Of a DNA stretch of 64,000 nucleotides, positions 41,830 to 55,267 are shown in pieces. The position numbers and the translations under genes were made by a program. The notes below the pieces were generated by a model. The model worked only from the letters and a program-made list of their open reading frames with translations. It made no database searches and was not told where the DNA came from. The DNA comes from Selaginella moellendorffii (taxonomy: Eukaryota; Plantae; Lycopodiophyta), in the NCBI RefSeq assembly GCF_000143415.4, contig NW_003314279.1:1935679-1999678 (forward strand). Reading direction: 5' to 3'. How positions within the stretch are numbered: the stretch's first letter is position 1; every line of letters starts with the position of its first letter.

Positions 41830-42316
41830 ACAATTTTGGGAGGGAGTTGTACTTGGTGTGGGTGGCAAAAAATTTTACATGCTTGCAAAATATATGAAAA
41901 GAAAAACATATGTGTACTTAAATTGTTATAACACATATATGTGACTTATAAGATAATATTTTACACACATATTTTTATTTTATGTATGAGTATGTATTGG
42001 TGCCTATTATATATGTATAATAAAATCCAGGTCAATGCCACATATACAACTTTTTATATATCAACTCCATGTTATCAACAAAGTTTACATTTAGGGCTTC
42101 TAGGCATAACATCTTTCAACAAGTGAGTTGGATTTTAAGCATATTTTGGATACCACAAGCTAAGCTCACCATCATTGTGTGGTTGTTTCCTTGGTGAGAG
42201 TTATGAAAAATATGTAACAAACCATTACAATGCCAAAAATTCCAACACATCATTAAAAATATAAAAAATCCACTTGAGAACAAGTAATACAAAATAGTGT
42301 TAAAATTACTTCAAGC
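41830..42316 (-). mobile_element. Fragment of the same AT-rich dispersed element, opposite orientation
   Basis: 41870-42055 is the reverse complement of 61715-61870 plus 62154-62200; 42180-42320 is the reverse complement of ~40260-40375. Confidence 0.65.
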
Positions 42317-42519
42317 CCAAAATATTACTTATGATACTAAAGTGGTTCAGAGAAGAAGGAAATGTCATATATGTGCACTACATTTTCATCATAGTTGCTT
42401 GGAGCCAATATTTGTTGCATGGCTTGAAGTAGTAACATTGGAGCCTAGCAACTATGATGAAAATGTAGTGCACATACCTTCTTCTCTGAACCACTCTGGT
42501 ATCATAAGTAATATTTTGG
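42317..42519. repeat. ~200-bp foldback inverted repeat (MITE-like or hairpin-RNA locus)
   Basis: The left arm CCAAAATATTACTTATGATAC..GGTTCAGAGAAGAAGG[+10 nt]TATGTGCACTACATTTTCATCATAGTTGCT pairs with the right arm ending ..GTATCATAAGTAATATTTTGG; ~80-bp arms and a short loop. Confidence 0.9.
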
Positions 42520-42559
42520 TTTAAAAACAATTTCTATATTTGACAAGGGTTAGGATTTT

Positions 42560-44448
42560 ATGGAGAAGATCAAGAAGATGATCCAGGATCGCTGCGACGA
42601 GCTTTGCAGAAAGATCATAAATCCTCTGCCAATTCCCGGGTTAGCGCCTGCCCAAGTAGGGACGCGCCCTCCCAGAGTGTTCGACTACATTTGTAGACCC
42701 AGCTTCGAGGAGAAGATGGTGGAGCACTTGAGAAAACGTACCTCTCCTGGACTTTGCGAGGAACAAAAGGCGTAGGTAAATCCTGTTTCCTATGGGCTTT
42801 GGCAGCGGTATTTGTTGCTGTCAACGTTCCTGGCTTGAGGATCATATGCATCTGCAATGCCGAATCTCCTCGCGTTCCACAGGTCAGGGCTGCACTCGAG
42901 TTCTCCTTCAGCGACGCTCTTGAGCAGATTGGGCGTATTGACTCGCCTGCAGATTTGGATAAGTTTCTCAAGTCAAGGGAGGAAAGGATACTTTTGTTTC
43001 TGGATGGAGGGGAGCACTACGATTTTGCACATAAAGATGGTTCGCCAAGAACACAGGACGATGGCAGGCAAATACTCGCAATCAAAACATGGTTGGATGT
43101 GTTTCAGGATAATGCTACTTTTAGATGCATACTCCCGTACTGGCCTGGAGCAGAGGAGTGCCTCTACACCGCATTTAATTTCCTTTGCATAATTTCGTTT
43201 TATGTCTGTCGTGCATTGCAGGAGGAATGCGCTACATATCTAAAGTCTTGTTCAATATTGGGACCTATGCTCGACAAGCGTCCCCTTCGAAGGAAAATTG
43301 TGAATTACCTGGCTGAGAGGCATCCCATGTCGTTATGCCTGCTGGAGAGATACTGCCACAAGTACGTGGAGACGACTGATACTCGGTTAGATACGCCTGA
43401 GGACCTCAGAAGGATATTGTCCCGTCCGGTATGTGTCCAACTGTTAAATAGTACGGGTCCGCTTATTTCTTGGCCGCAGGTACCTAGCTCTCGACCAGAA
43501 GTTCCTCTCCATTCGTACCTTGATGATGCGGAGGCCTGGGATAAAAGTTGCGGCTCTGTTCACACGAAAGAAGCCAGACCTGATCGAAGGATTTATTCTT
43601 CCTGGTGGTCCTTGCAGTTCGTTTCTCCACAGCTTGTCTCTCCAGACGCGTCTACGTCAGAAGCAAACTCGTGCGTATAGAAGTCATCATATTCAACTGT
43701 ACGTGAGGCAGCTGCTTGACGAGGAGAACACAACGTGGCCCCAAGTTGGCAACATATGCGAGGGGATTGTAGCAGAGACGATACGGGATGGGGGCTTCAC
43801 CTTTCAGGGTACTAAGTACCAGGCAGATCGACTAGAAATCCTTGATGGAAAACCGAAGCTAATCAACCCCAACGATTTAAGAAAGGACGAGAAAGTGTTC
43901 TAGTTGATCTCAATCAACTTGACGTATGTTGATGGTGCTCTGGTCTGGAAGGATTCGAAGGGGACGCTTCATTTCTGGTTCTTACAAGTGTGTTTAAAAC
44001 CCGAGGCTCACCGAAGGGCAGAATACAAGTTCGTTCGGCCGCAAGAATTCAAGCAATGACCCGTTTAAGCTTTTTTACATCTACAAGATCCACGCCGCAC
44101 GTTTATGAAGGTATCAAGATTTTATCTCGGTTTATTTCATGGTGGACTGCAGGTAGTGTTTCTAAACGTCCAAGAACTGAACAATCCAAGACGGAGGAGG
44201 CTAGCCGTGGAAAGAAAATCTGCGAGGAAGAGGATGCACACATTGCCTATGAAACAGACGAGTGTCCATTGGACAAGTGCTTACAGTTGACGAACGAGGA
44301 GCATGTGCTATTCGCAAAGCTGGGAAACTTGAGGATGAAGCTTGCTGCTGAAAAGCAGAAGAGAAAGGAGAACAAGGGTCGAGGAAGAACACTGATTTTT
44401 GCGGATGGTGGACTACGGAATTTCAGATGCATCGTCATTCCCAAGTAG
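42560..44448 (+). pseudogene. Crinkler (CR)-type P-loop NTPase + PD-(D/E)xK restriction-endonuclease-like gene, frameshifted
   Basis: YICRPSF.. then Walker A LRGTKGVGKS and Walker B ILLFLD. C-terminal PQVGNICEGIVAETIR..NLTYVDGALV..FWFLQVCL has the spacing of the E/D/Q REase core in CR effectors. Candidate small introns at ~43165-43221 and ~43429-43480; frameshift ~42735; in-frame TAG at 43901. The 3' limit is uncertain. Confidence 0.65.
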
Positions 44449-44630
44449 CAAGGGTGTGATCAGGTCGAACATTTGCAGATAGCCAAGGAGAAAGAGAAGA
44501 AAACGAAGAAAGCGAAGAACAATGGAAAATTATTTTAGCATGCAAGTTAACCTATAAGAATGATATATTCCAATTTTAGGGCTTGCTCTTGGTCTGGGCA
44601 AATGCGACTTCGCAAAGATTCTGAGCAACT

Positions 44631-44880
44631 CCCAGCGGTGATGTTGATGTTCTCTCCGAAGATTTGATAACAATGGTGCTCACCCTTTATGGGCAAGCTC
44701 AAATACCTCAAGCATTCTGTTGAATGGCCGCTGTTCATGGACATAGGGAGTCCAGAGGGAACTGTCGTGGAATACACCAAGAAGGTAAGGGATTTACTTG
44801 CGAGTGCTCGCTCACTTAGCTCTTTTTTCTGCCATTTGGTAACGAAGAGGGTAAAACCCAGATTGGCATTTTTAGGAGGC
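44631..44880 (+). pseudogene. Inverted, internally deleted fragments of REP
   Basis: Reverse complement of ~33412-33530 joined to ~32320-32545 (same translated pieces: GKLKYLKHSVEWPLFM, VVEYT.KV.DLLASARS). Confidence 0.85.
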
Positions 44881-45540
44881 TAGAATGCCTGGAATTTAGC
44901 GCGAGCTAAGTCGCCCATCGCGACATCACGCTAGCAGTGGTGTATCTCGTCAATGGCATCGTTCCGGATCCTTACATAAACTATTTCTTGATATGAGCTA
45001 CTGAGAATTTTCTACCTTGCTCCAGGACGAGATTTTCCACGTCCCGCAAGCTCAGTGCTACTGCAAAAAGAGATTTTATACTTGGCATCCTATTATCACA
45101 ACGCTGCCAGGATTGTAAGTTCGTCACTCTCTCTCGCTCCTTCCGAGTTTGTATGACGAGTTTTTGTTTCCGGGATACCTCGTATCACTGGTTTTTGAAT
45201 CTCTGGTGGGATGGATTTATGCACTCTCAATGCTCTAAGATCCATCGATATACTTTTGTCACTGGTACGTGTTTGGCGCATTTTGCTTCATCTCGACCTG
45301 AGAAAGCGTTGCTTCTCAAATCCATGGTACTTGCCTTGTATCCTTTGCACTGGTTTTTCACGCTTCTATATTTTACACCGACGTTGGCCAACAGCAGCCA
45401 TGATGGCCATGCAGGCATGCTTGAAGATACGGTCAGTATCCATATCAAGTTTCATACCAGACTTTACCTAAAATCCTTTCTTATGCTGCAGCTTTCTATC
45501 TTGGCAATAATGTTCCGTGTCTGGACCGTTTTTTGTCTGG
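44881..45540 (+). pseudogene. Inverted, deleted 5' half of ALG10
   Basis: Reverse complement of ~31580-32320 ([36 protein letters not shown]) with frameshifts. Confidence 0.88.
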
Positions 45541-45798
45541 ACCGATTTCATTGGATCCGTTTGCCTGCAAATCCTAGATGCCATAAAACCCTAACTCTTG
45601 TCAAATATAGAAAGTAACTTTAGTTATATAAAATATTGCCCATATTTGCCTTTAGGAAATCAAAATATGCCACGTGGCAATATTTGATACTTCCTCAAGA
45701 TTAATCTGAGACATTGGATGTAGGCATATTAGAGAAATAAGGGTATTTGCCCGCGTTATATTAACTCAACCGGCCCTAAGGTTTCGTCAACTTTGAGG

Positions 45799-47684
<1,886 letters not shown>

Positions 47685-47736
47685 ATCACAAGCAAAGTTG
47701 GAAATTGCAAGAACACGTACCTTAAAAGTATAAACT

Positions 47737-49968
47737 TCAGTTCTTTCTCTTAGCATTGCACTCGAGTAATTGAGCACGCCTCTCCCAGAGCCCAGCACGT
47801 CCATAGAGGTTTCCCATAAGCACGCAAGCAGCATCGTCATCTCGATCCTCGAGCTTCATCAGAGACTGAAAAGCCTTCTCCCCAACCTGTAAGTTGTTCC
47901 ACTTGCAAGCTCCACTCAAGATGGTTGTCCATGCCAAATAGCTGTCTTCGCAACGCAAGCTTTGCACAAGCTCGACTGCCTCTTCGAGACGGTTGGCCCG
48001 GCTCAGAAGATCGATTATGCAGTGATAGTGGTCGATCTCCGGCTTCACGCCAAACTCCGCGAGCATTGAGTCGAAGATCTTCTTCCCCTTGTCAACTAGC
48101 CCGGCATGGCTGCAAGCGGTGAGAACGGACAGAACTGTGATCCCATTTGGTTGTAAGCCTTCGTCCCGGAGCTTCCGAAAGTGATCAAACACGGGGAGTG
48201 TATCACCTTGCCTGCTATATCCTGCTATCAACGCGCTCCAAGTAACCAATCTCTTCGTCTGCATTGACAAGAACACACTCTCGGCGGTGTCCATGCTGCC
48301 ACACTTGCAGTAGAAATCCACTAGGCTGCTCTCCACGACCACCTCGGTCTCAAGCCCCGAACGAAGTATCCTGCTGTGGATCTTCCTTCCACTGTCCAGA
48401 GCTGATGAGTTCCCGCATGCCACCAGCGCAGCAACGTACGTGAGATGGTTTGGAGCCCCGGAAGTCATCTGTGAGAAGAGATCCAGAGCCAGTTCCCCCA
48501 GACCATTCTCTGCGTATCCTAGTATCAATGTTGTCCACGACACGACGTCGTGATAGGCCATCCTGTCAAAAGCCGCTCGAGCATCCTTCATGCTTCCACA
48601 CTTGGCATACATATCCACCAGCGAGCTTGCCACGAAGCCGTCCGAGTCACAGCCACTGACTACAGCTTCCCTGTGGATTTCCATCCCCTTCTGCAAACAC
48701 TCCGCCTTCACAAACATCCCGTCCAGTTCTTTGCCTTGCTCTCTCGCTGCTAAACTCGCACAGGCCATGAGAACAGCAACAGTCGCTCGACTAGACGAGC
48801 ATTTCTCCAGCCTCATTCTCGAGAAAAGCTCCAAAGCTAGATCGTACTTCCCGTTTTCCACGTATCCCATGATCAGAGTGTTCCAGGAGATCTCGTCGTG
48901 CCGCAGCATTGCCTCAAACACTGCGCCGGCGTCCTCCAGCCTCCCACACTTTGCATAGAAATGGACCACCGTGCTTGCCAGGATCACGTCCGATGCACAC
49001 TCGAGCTTGTCAATCCGAGAGTGAACAGCCATTCCCTTCTCCAGCGCCTGCGTCTTCACCACCTTTCCATCGACTTCCCGGCCTTCCTCTCGCAGAGCCA
49101 AGCTCGAGCAAGCCATCAGAGCAGCGACGTGAGTCCGGCAGTCGGGTGGAATCCTCGAATCTCCCATAAGCTCGTAGTAACCCAGCGCCACCTCGTTCTC
49201 GTGGTTCTCTACGTATCCCTGTATGAGCGTGCTCCAGGAGACGACGCTGTGGCTCGGCATCCTGTGGAAAACCCGGGCAGCCTCCACCACGCTGCCACAC
49301 TTCGCGTAGAGATCGACCAGCGAAGTTGATACGTAAACGTCGAGGCAGCCACGCTTCCCGGCGTCGAGATGAATTGCCACTGTTCTTTCCAAGCACGAAG
49401 ACTTGAAGAGCTTCCCATCGACGAGCTTGGCGATCTCCTCGTCGGCTAGACTGGAGCAAGCCAAGAGCGCCGCAAGGAACGTCCGGGCATTGGGCTGGAG
49501 GGTACCGCTTGCTTGGATAGCTCCAAGGATCTCTAGAGCTCGGCCTGGCTCTCCATTCACAGCGTAGCCGAAAGCCAGAGAGTTCCACGACACCAGGTCC
49601 TTACGAGGCATGGAGTCGAAGATGGATCGCGCGTCGATCATGCTGTTGCATTTCCCATACATGCTTATCAGCGCGTTGGAGACCTGGGTCACGGGCGAAT
49701 GGCTACCATCGCTTCCAAGAATGGGGGAATGGATGCGCTTACCGGATTCGAGGTCCTTGGTGGCGCTGCAAGCTTTCAGTGCCGCCACTAGTGAAGGATG
49801 ATCGATTCTTTCTTCTTCTTCTTCGAATCCAGAGAAGAGAAATCTTCCTCCTAGCTTGTTCCAGAACAGCAGTGAGAGGGAGAGATCGAGGAAATCGAGA
49901 GGGGAGCTTACATTTCTGTTGTGGCCGATGATCGGTAGCGCCGCCTTGCGACGGCGGCATCGCCGCAT
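47737..49968 (-). CDS. PLS-class pentatricopeptide-repeat protein ending in E domain (no DYW), 743 aa
   Basis: Repeated SLVDMYAKCGS..A..VF..M...DVVSW..LI.GY motifs; C-terminal LTACSHAGLV, HYHCIIDLLSRA, W..ILSGAC, VLMGNLY. Confidence 0.93.
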   Translation of the reverse strand: MRRCRRRKAALPIIGHNRNVSSPLDFLDLSLSLLFWNKLGGRFLFSGFEEEEERIDHPSLVAALKACSATKDLESGKRIHSPILGSDGSHSPVTQVSNALISMYGKCNSMIDARSIFDSMPRKDLVSWNSLAFGYAVNGEPGRALEILGAIQASGTLQPNARTFLAALLACSSLADEEIAKLVDGKLFKSSCLERTVAIHLDAGKRGCLDVYVSTSLVDLYAKCGSVVEAARVFHRMPSHSVVSWSTLIQGYVENHENEVALGYYELMGDSRIPPDCRTHVAALMACSSLALREEGREVDGKVVKTQALEKGMAVHSRIDKLECASDVILASTVVHFYAKCGRLEDAGAVFEAMLRHDEISWNTLIMGYVENGKYDLALELFSRMRLEKCSSSRATVAVLMACASLAAREQGKELDGMFVKAECLQKGMEIHREAVVSGCDSDGFVASSLVDMYAKCGSMKDARAAFDRMAYHDVVSWTTLILGYAENGLGELALDLFSQMTSGAPNHLTYVAALVACGNSSALDSGRKIHSRILRSGLETEVVVESSLVDFYCKCGSMDTAESVFLSMQTKRLVTWSALIAGYSRQGDTLPVFDHFRKLRDEGLQPNGITVLSVLTACSHAGLVDKGKKIFDSMLAEFGVKPEIDHYHCIIDLLSRANRLEEAVELVQSLRCEDSYLAWTTILSGACKWNNLQVGEKAFQSLMKLEDRDDDAACVLMGNLYGRAGLWERRAQLLECNAKRKN

Positions 49969-50029
49969 CGAAATTTCTACTCCATCTTGCGCTTGTAGGG
50001 TTTAGGGTTCTTGCTTGAGCGCCAAGTCG

Positions 50030-51865
50030 ATGCGCTTGCGCAGGCTCAAGATCTTCCAGATTCTCTTCCCCATTGGTGATGACGCCCAGGAATCGGTGGA
50101 AAGATTCATTACGATCGGTGCGCTGCGCGCCTGTGCTAGCTCCAGGGATCTCGACGCCGCCAAGCACATCCATTTGCAGCAGATCGACCGCTTGATGGAC
50201 GATCTCCACGCCTCCAACACGCTTGTCAGCGTGTACGCAAAATGCAAGAGCATGGCGGACGCGCGATCGGTGTTTGACGCCATGGCGAATCGAAATGCCG
50301 TGTCGTGGAACTCCCTCATCGCCGGCTATGTCGACAACGGCATGGAGCATCTAGCGCTGGAATCCTTCTCCTGGATGCGATTGTCAGGGTTTGAGCCCGA
50401 CGGCCGGTCGCTCCTCGCGGCGATCAAGGCGTGCTCGAGCTTGGCAGCGGCGGTGGAAGAAGATGCCGGCCGCAAGGAGGTCTGCCCAGAGATTATGAAT
50501 TTCGCCAGCGCTGTGCATTCTCAAGCTCGAGCTCGCAGGTTTGATTCCGAGGACGTCTTCGTGGCGAGCGCCCTGGTGGATTTCTACGCGAAATGCGGAA
50601 GAATGGCGCAAGCAAGGCAAGTGTTTGACAAGATCACCCATCCCAACGTCGTTTCCTGGACCACTCTCATCAATGGTTACGCTGACAGTGGCGATGGCGA
50701 GCTAGCTCTCGAAGCTTTTGGGCGGATGCTTCTCTCGGGCTGTCAAGCTGATAGCCGAGCTTTCGTCGCGGTGCTGATGGCCTGCTCGATCTTAGCCACG
50801 AACGGAAGAGCTCCTGGCAAGCAAAATGGTGGCAAGAACATCAAGGAGAAGTGTCTCCAAAGAGGCGTGGCAATCCATTCTCTGGTGGAAGAGCGTCACT
50901 GTGGCTCGGATCCTTTCGTCGCCAGCACTCTGGTGGATATGTACACGAACTGCGGCAGCTTGGACGACGCTAGAAACGTTTTCGACAAGATGCCATCGCA
51001 CGGGGTGGTCTCCTGGACTGCTCTGGTGATGGGATACGCAGAGAATGGCAGTGGAGAGATCGCTCTGGAGCTCTTCTCACGCATGATCTTCGAAGGCTGC
51101 GATCCAAATCCTCGGACTTACGTTGCGGCATTGGTGGCTTGCGGCAGCCTGGCAGCGCTCCAAACTGGGAAGCAGCTCGTCCACGCTCTGGTTTGCAAGG
51201 CTGGAGTCGAGAGTGAAGTCTACGTTGCGAATTCGCTCGTCAACTTCTATGGCACTTGCGGCAGCATGGGTGATGCCGAGCAGGTCTTCGACTCCTTGAA
51301 GAACAAGACGGTTTTTACGTGGAGTGCTATGATCGAAGGTTACAGTCACCAGGGGGACGCAAGGCACGTCTTTGCGACGTTCTGGAAGATGAAAGACGAA
51401 GGTATGGAGCCGAATGGAGTTACATTCGTATCGCTTCTCACCGCCTGTAGCCACGCCGGTCTTGTGGAACAGGGCAGGGAATTCTTCCAGGCAATGCGGC
51501 TTCGCCACAGGATTGAGCCGGGCCTGGAGCACTACCACTGCATGGTGGACAGCCTGGGACGTGCCAACCTTTTCGAGGAAGCTGTAGCGATGGTGGAAAG
51601 AATGCCGTTTGAAGCGAATGAAATCACCTGGACGATCATCCTGGCCGCTTGCCGGAAGTGGAAGAAAGTGGAACTTGGGGAGCAGGCATTCGAGAAGCTG
51701 GTCGAAATGGGCGAGAAACAGGAGACGGGTTATTTGTTGATGGCAGATCTCTATGGCTCTGTCGGCATGAGAGAGCAACAGTCCAAGTTGCTGGGGATCT
51801 TGACAAGGAGTTTCAAACAAGACGGAATAGAACAAGGATGCTCGAGCTGCGAGTGCAACCGGTAA
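50030..51865 (+). CDS. PLS-class PPR protein ending in E domain (no DYW)
   Basis: First in-frame ATG at 50030; PLS repeats; LTACSHAGLV, HYHCMVDSLGRA, WTIILAACR, YLLMADLY. Confidence 0.93.
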   Translation: MRLRRLKIFQILFPIGDDAQESVERFITIGALRACASSRDLDAAKHIHLQQIDRLMDDLHASNTLVSVYAKCKSMADARSVFDAMANRNAVSWNSLIAGYVDNGMEHLALESFSWMRLSGFEPDGRSLLAAIKACSSLAAAVEEDAGRKEVCPEIMNFASAVHSQARARRFDSEDVFVASALVDFYAKCGRMAQARQVFDKITHPNVVSWTTLINGYADSGDGELALEAFGRMLLSGCQADSRAFVAVLMACSILATNGRAPGKQNGGKNIKEKCLQRGVAIHSLVEERHCGSDPFVASTLVDMYTNCGSLDDARNVFDKMPSHGVVSWTALVMGYAENGSGEIALELFSRMIFEGCDPNPRTYVAALVACGSLAALQTGKQLVHALVCKAGVESEVYVANSLVNFYGTCGSMGDAEQVFDSLKNKTVFTWSAMIEGYSHQGDARHVFATFWKMKDEGMEPNGVTFVSLLTACSHAGLVEQGREFFQAMRLRHRIEPGLEHYHCMVDSLGRANLFEEAVAMVERMPFEANEITWTIILAACRKWKKVELGEQAFEKLVEMGEKQETGYLLMADLYGSVGMREQQSKLLGILTRSFKQDGIEQGCSSCECNR

Positions 51866-51960
51866 GTTTCTTTTGGTAAAGTTTTAGTTAACTTATTTCG
51901 TTAGCCCTATTTCAGCTGAAGCGCTAGGGCTATTGTGGTCGCGGTGTTCATCACTGAGGA

Positions 51961-54900
51961 ATGCGGATCACCGTGTTTAAGGCGGAGAACACGACACGTA
52001 CGTTTCTCTTCGTTCTTTTTCCCTCTATAACGTGTTTTTGGTGGTCTCAGATAAGGGCCTTGTAGCTGCCGTCGGGTGGAATGTGACGAATGACCTCTAC
52101 TCTTGCGGTGATGACTACGCTATATGGTGCTGGAACAGGGATGGGAAGCCCATTCTTAAGGTAGTGTGCTCATCTTTCTTTTCTAATAGCAACTGATAAA
52201 TGGCTTGCGTACAGCTTGAGAACATAGACTCCATATCCACGGATTTGCAATGCTACCCTTTGACCTCGCACTGGAACCGGACTGGATCAGGGAGCGACAT
52301 TTTTGTTGTTTCCTGCATTGACGGTGCGTTTGTTCATTATGTAACTTTAACAATGAGATTTTCCAGGGTCGCTTCATATTTCTAATAGGACTGGGAAAGA
52401 AGAAAAAAGGGTCCAAGCTCATGCAGGGAGCATTCTGTGTGTTCGATGGAGTACTGACGGTAGTACCAGACTCGTATGATTATGGGTTTTCTGTAACGTG
52501 ATCAGCAGGATCGGCCTTAGCAACTGGTGGGGAGGACGGGATTGTAAAAATATGGTCTTGCAGTGGAATGCTCCGATCTACTTTGGCACAAAGCCGTAAG
52601 TTTTATTTTCTTTCAATGGTTTCTATTAATTTTCTGGTTCAGCTTGTCCAATCTACGCCCTTGCATGGAGTCCAAGCTCGGATCAGGTGTTGTTTGCTTG
52701 CCAGGGACGGTTGATTATCAAATCCCTCCAGGTAAACTACTCAGCTCCTAAGCGCATAAAAAAATGTTTTCCATTGCAGTCCTCAATCAAGGAGTCGCAC
52801 TGGGATGGTCATAACGGACTGATTCTAGCGGTTGATTGGAATTATGCTTCGAACCTTCTTACATCTGGCGGAGAAGATGGTGTCTATAAGGTATCTACAA
52901 GCTTTTACAAATGTTCTCACGTTTATGTTTGCTATGTAGGTTTGGGACTACCATGGGAGAATGATCTATCAGAGTAGCAAAATTGACGATAGCATAACTT
53001 CGGTTGCCTGGTGTCCATCTGGGGAGTTCTTTGCCGTCGGCTCATTCAACACGTTGTGGCTTTGCGACAAGACGGGGGTACGTTCAAGTGGAGTTCTTCT
53101 TTGAGCCTACATATCAGCTTTGCAGTGGGTTCTCTGGAAGGAAAAGCTTTCAGCTGGGTCCTTTCTAAGAATTTCATGGAGTAACGACGGTGCGCAACTG
53201 GCTGGTGCCGGTGCGAATGGCTTTGTAGTATTCGGTCAGATCGTGGACAGGTATTCTCCTTTCTTTTTATGTCTGTTTTTTGAGATGATAAAGACTGGCA
53301 GAAAACTAGAGTGGCTAAAATTGTCTGCGACGCTACGCGGTTGTGGACATTTGAGAGTCTATGTAAGTTTTTCCAAATTTTATGGCAAGTATGTTTAGGT
53401 GAAGCTCATATAGACAGGACATGGTGACTAATAATACGACTGACTTGGAGTTCTGTGACCGGGTTGTTCAATTTCGTCTGGAGTTTCGCCACTTGATCGT
53501 TGCGACTACTAACCAGGTAACTGAATCGTGACTACTGTGGCCACGCTAACAATCTGGCATGACGTGCAGTGCTACATCTACTCGGTTTCAAATTTAAACG
53601 CTCCACACGTAATTGATGTCAAGTATGCCATCATTCTTATAAGATTATGCCAAAGGTACTTCATGATCATCGACAGTTTTGTGGGCTTGCAATTGTTCAC
53701 CTATGATGGTCGGCATCTTTCAAGCCCAAAATGTCAAGGTATCTATAAACACTGAAGTTTCTATCGACGTAGACATGTTTTTCTTGCAGGACTGCGACCA
53801 GAGTTTTTGCTCGAGCGCAATGTTGCTATTTCAACAGACACTGTGGCGTTTATAGATACATCCGACCATAAATGTAGGTTGTCTACGAGACTTCTGTCAT
53901 ACCAGGTTCACAACTAAATTAAAATCAGTAGATCAGTTTTGTGTTTTGTCAGTCCATAAAACTGATTTGAAAACCTGCAGTAATTCGGTTTTTGGATGCG
54001 TCGACGGGAAAGCTTGCTGGTGAACCATTTCGACATACTGTTGAAATAAAAGAAATCGCCCTCAATCAAGTGGGAACTGTCAGGAGAATTGCGTTTATTG
54101 ACCGCAACCAAGACCTCTTTATAACTCCCGTATATGTAAGTTTGCAAGATTTTAGTTTTTCTCATAATCTCTAATGCTTCTGCCAGCACAAGCACGAGGT
54201 ATTTAAACTGGCGACTATTGTTGACAACGTGAGATGGAATGACGAGGCCGACATAATCGCTGCTATCGCGTACCAGAAACTGATTGTATGGTATTGTCCA
54301 TCGGCTGCTTTTGTTGATCGAGACCTTCTTCATCGAGTAAAAGTAATAAAAGAGTGGTAAGCGTTTTTCCTTCACTTTCTCTCGCTTTCTGCCATGGTTT
54401 TATCTGATGCTACACGCAGTGATCTCGGCAAGAATCCTAAAATTCGAAGCTTTGTTACTTCTAGTTGCATCTTACGACGAACAGATGGAGCCATAGTTTC
54501 TTCGTACATATGCCCGTATCCGTTCGTGTTGTTCCAGCATGTGAACTCCAGACAGTGGGAGTATGCGGCCCAGCTCTGTAGATTCGTAAAGGTTTGTCAT
54601 CCCCGTGAAAATTTTCTTAATAGCAAGATTGTGTGTGCTGCAGGAGGATTTACTTTGGGCTTGCTTGGCAACGATGGCAGTCGATGCCCAGGAGCTGAAC
54701 ATTGCGGAAGAGGCTTATGCAGCTCTGGACGAGGTTTGCAGTTTTTATTTCCGTGTATTGACGGCCACCTTAAGTGGAAACATTCAGGTGGATAAGGTGC
54801 AGTTTATGCTTTATCTGAAGGATCTTCCCGTAGAAGAAGCACGACAGGCAGAACTTGCATTATTTAAAAGGCACCCGGACAAAGCCGAGTCGATTTTACT

Positions 54901-55267
54901 GCAAGCTGGGCTCACTTATCGGGCAATCCACATGAACTTGAAGCTCTTCAACTGGGACAGGTTGTTTTCTTTTTTTTATCTCAGGGTCACAAACTGACTG
55001 CCGTTTACAGAGCGCTAGAACTGGCTGTTTTGCACAAGGTCCACATTGACACGGTGATGTGGTACAGGCAGCATTACTTGATGCGGATCAAAGCTATTGA
55101 GACCAAGGAGCAGTTTTTGCACTTCAAGGATCAGGTCGGCTACAAGTAACTCGATTGTCTTAACTGACCTTTGCCTGTATCAGGTGAAGATTGATCCCCA
55201 GAAAATCAACGCAAAGATTCACCAGGAAATGCTTCAGGAAGGTAGTAGACAAGGTGCCAGGAAATAA
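51961..55267 (+). CDS. IFT80: Intraflagellar transport protein 80 (WDR56), many small exons
   Basis: WD40 N-terminus ([66 protein letters not shown]); [19 protein letters not shown]; [21 protein letters not shown]; [30 protein letters not shown]; ends ..SRQGARK*. Confidence 0.92.
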
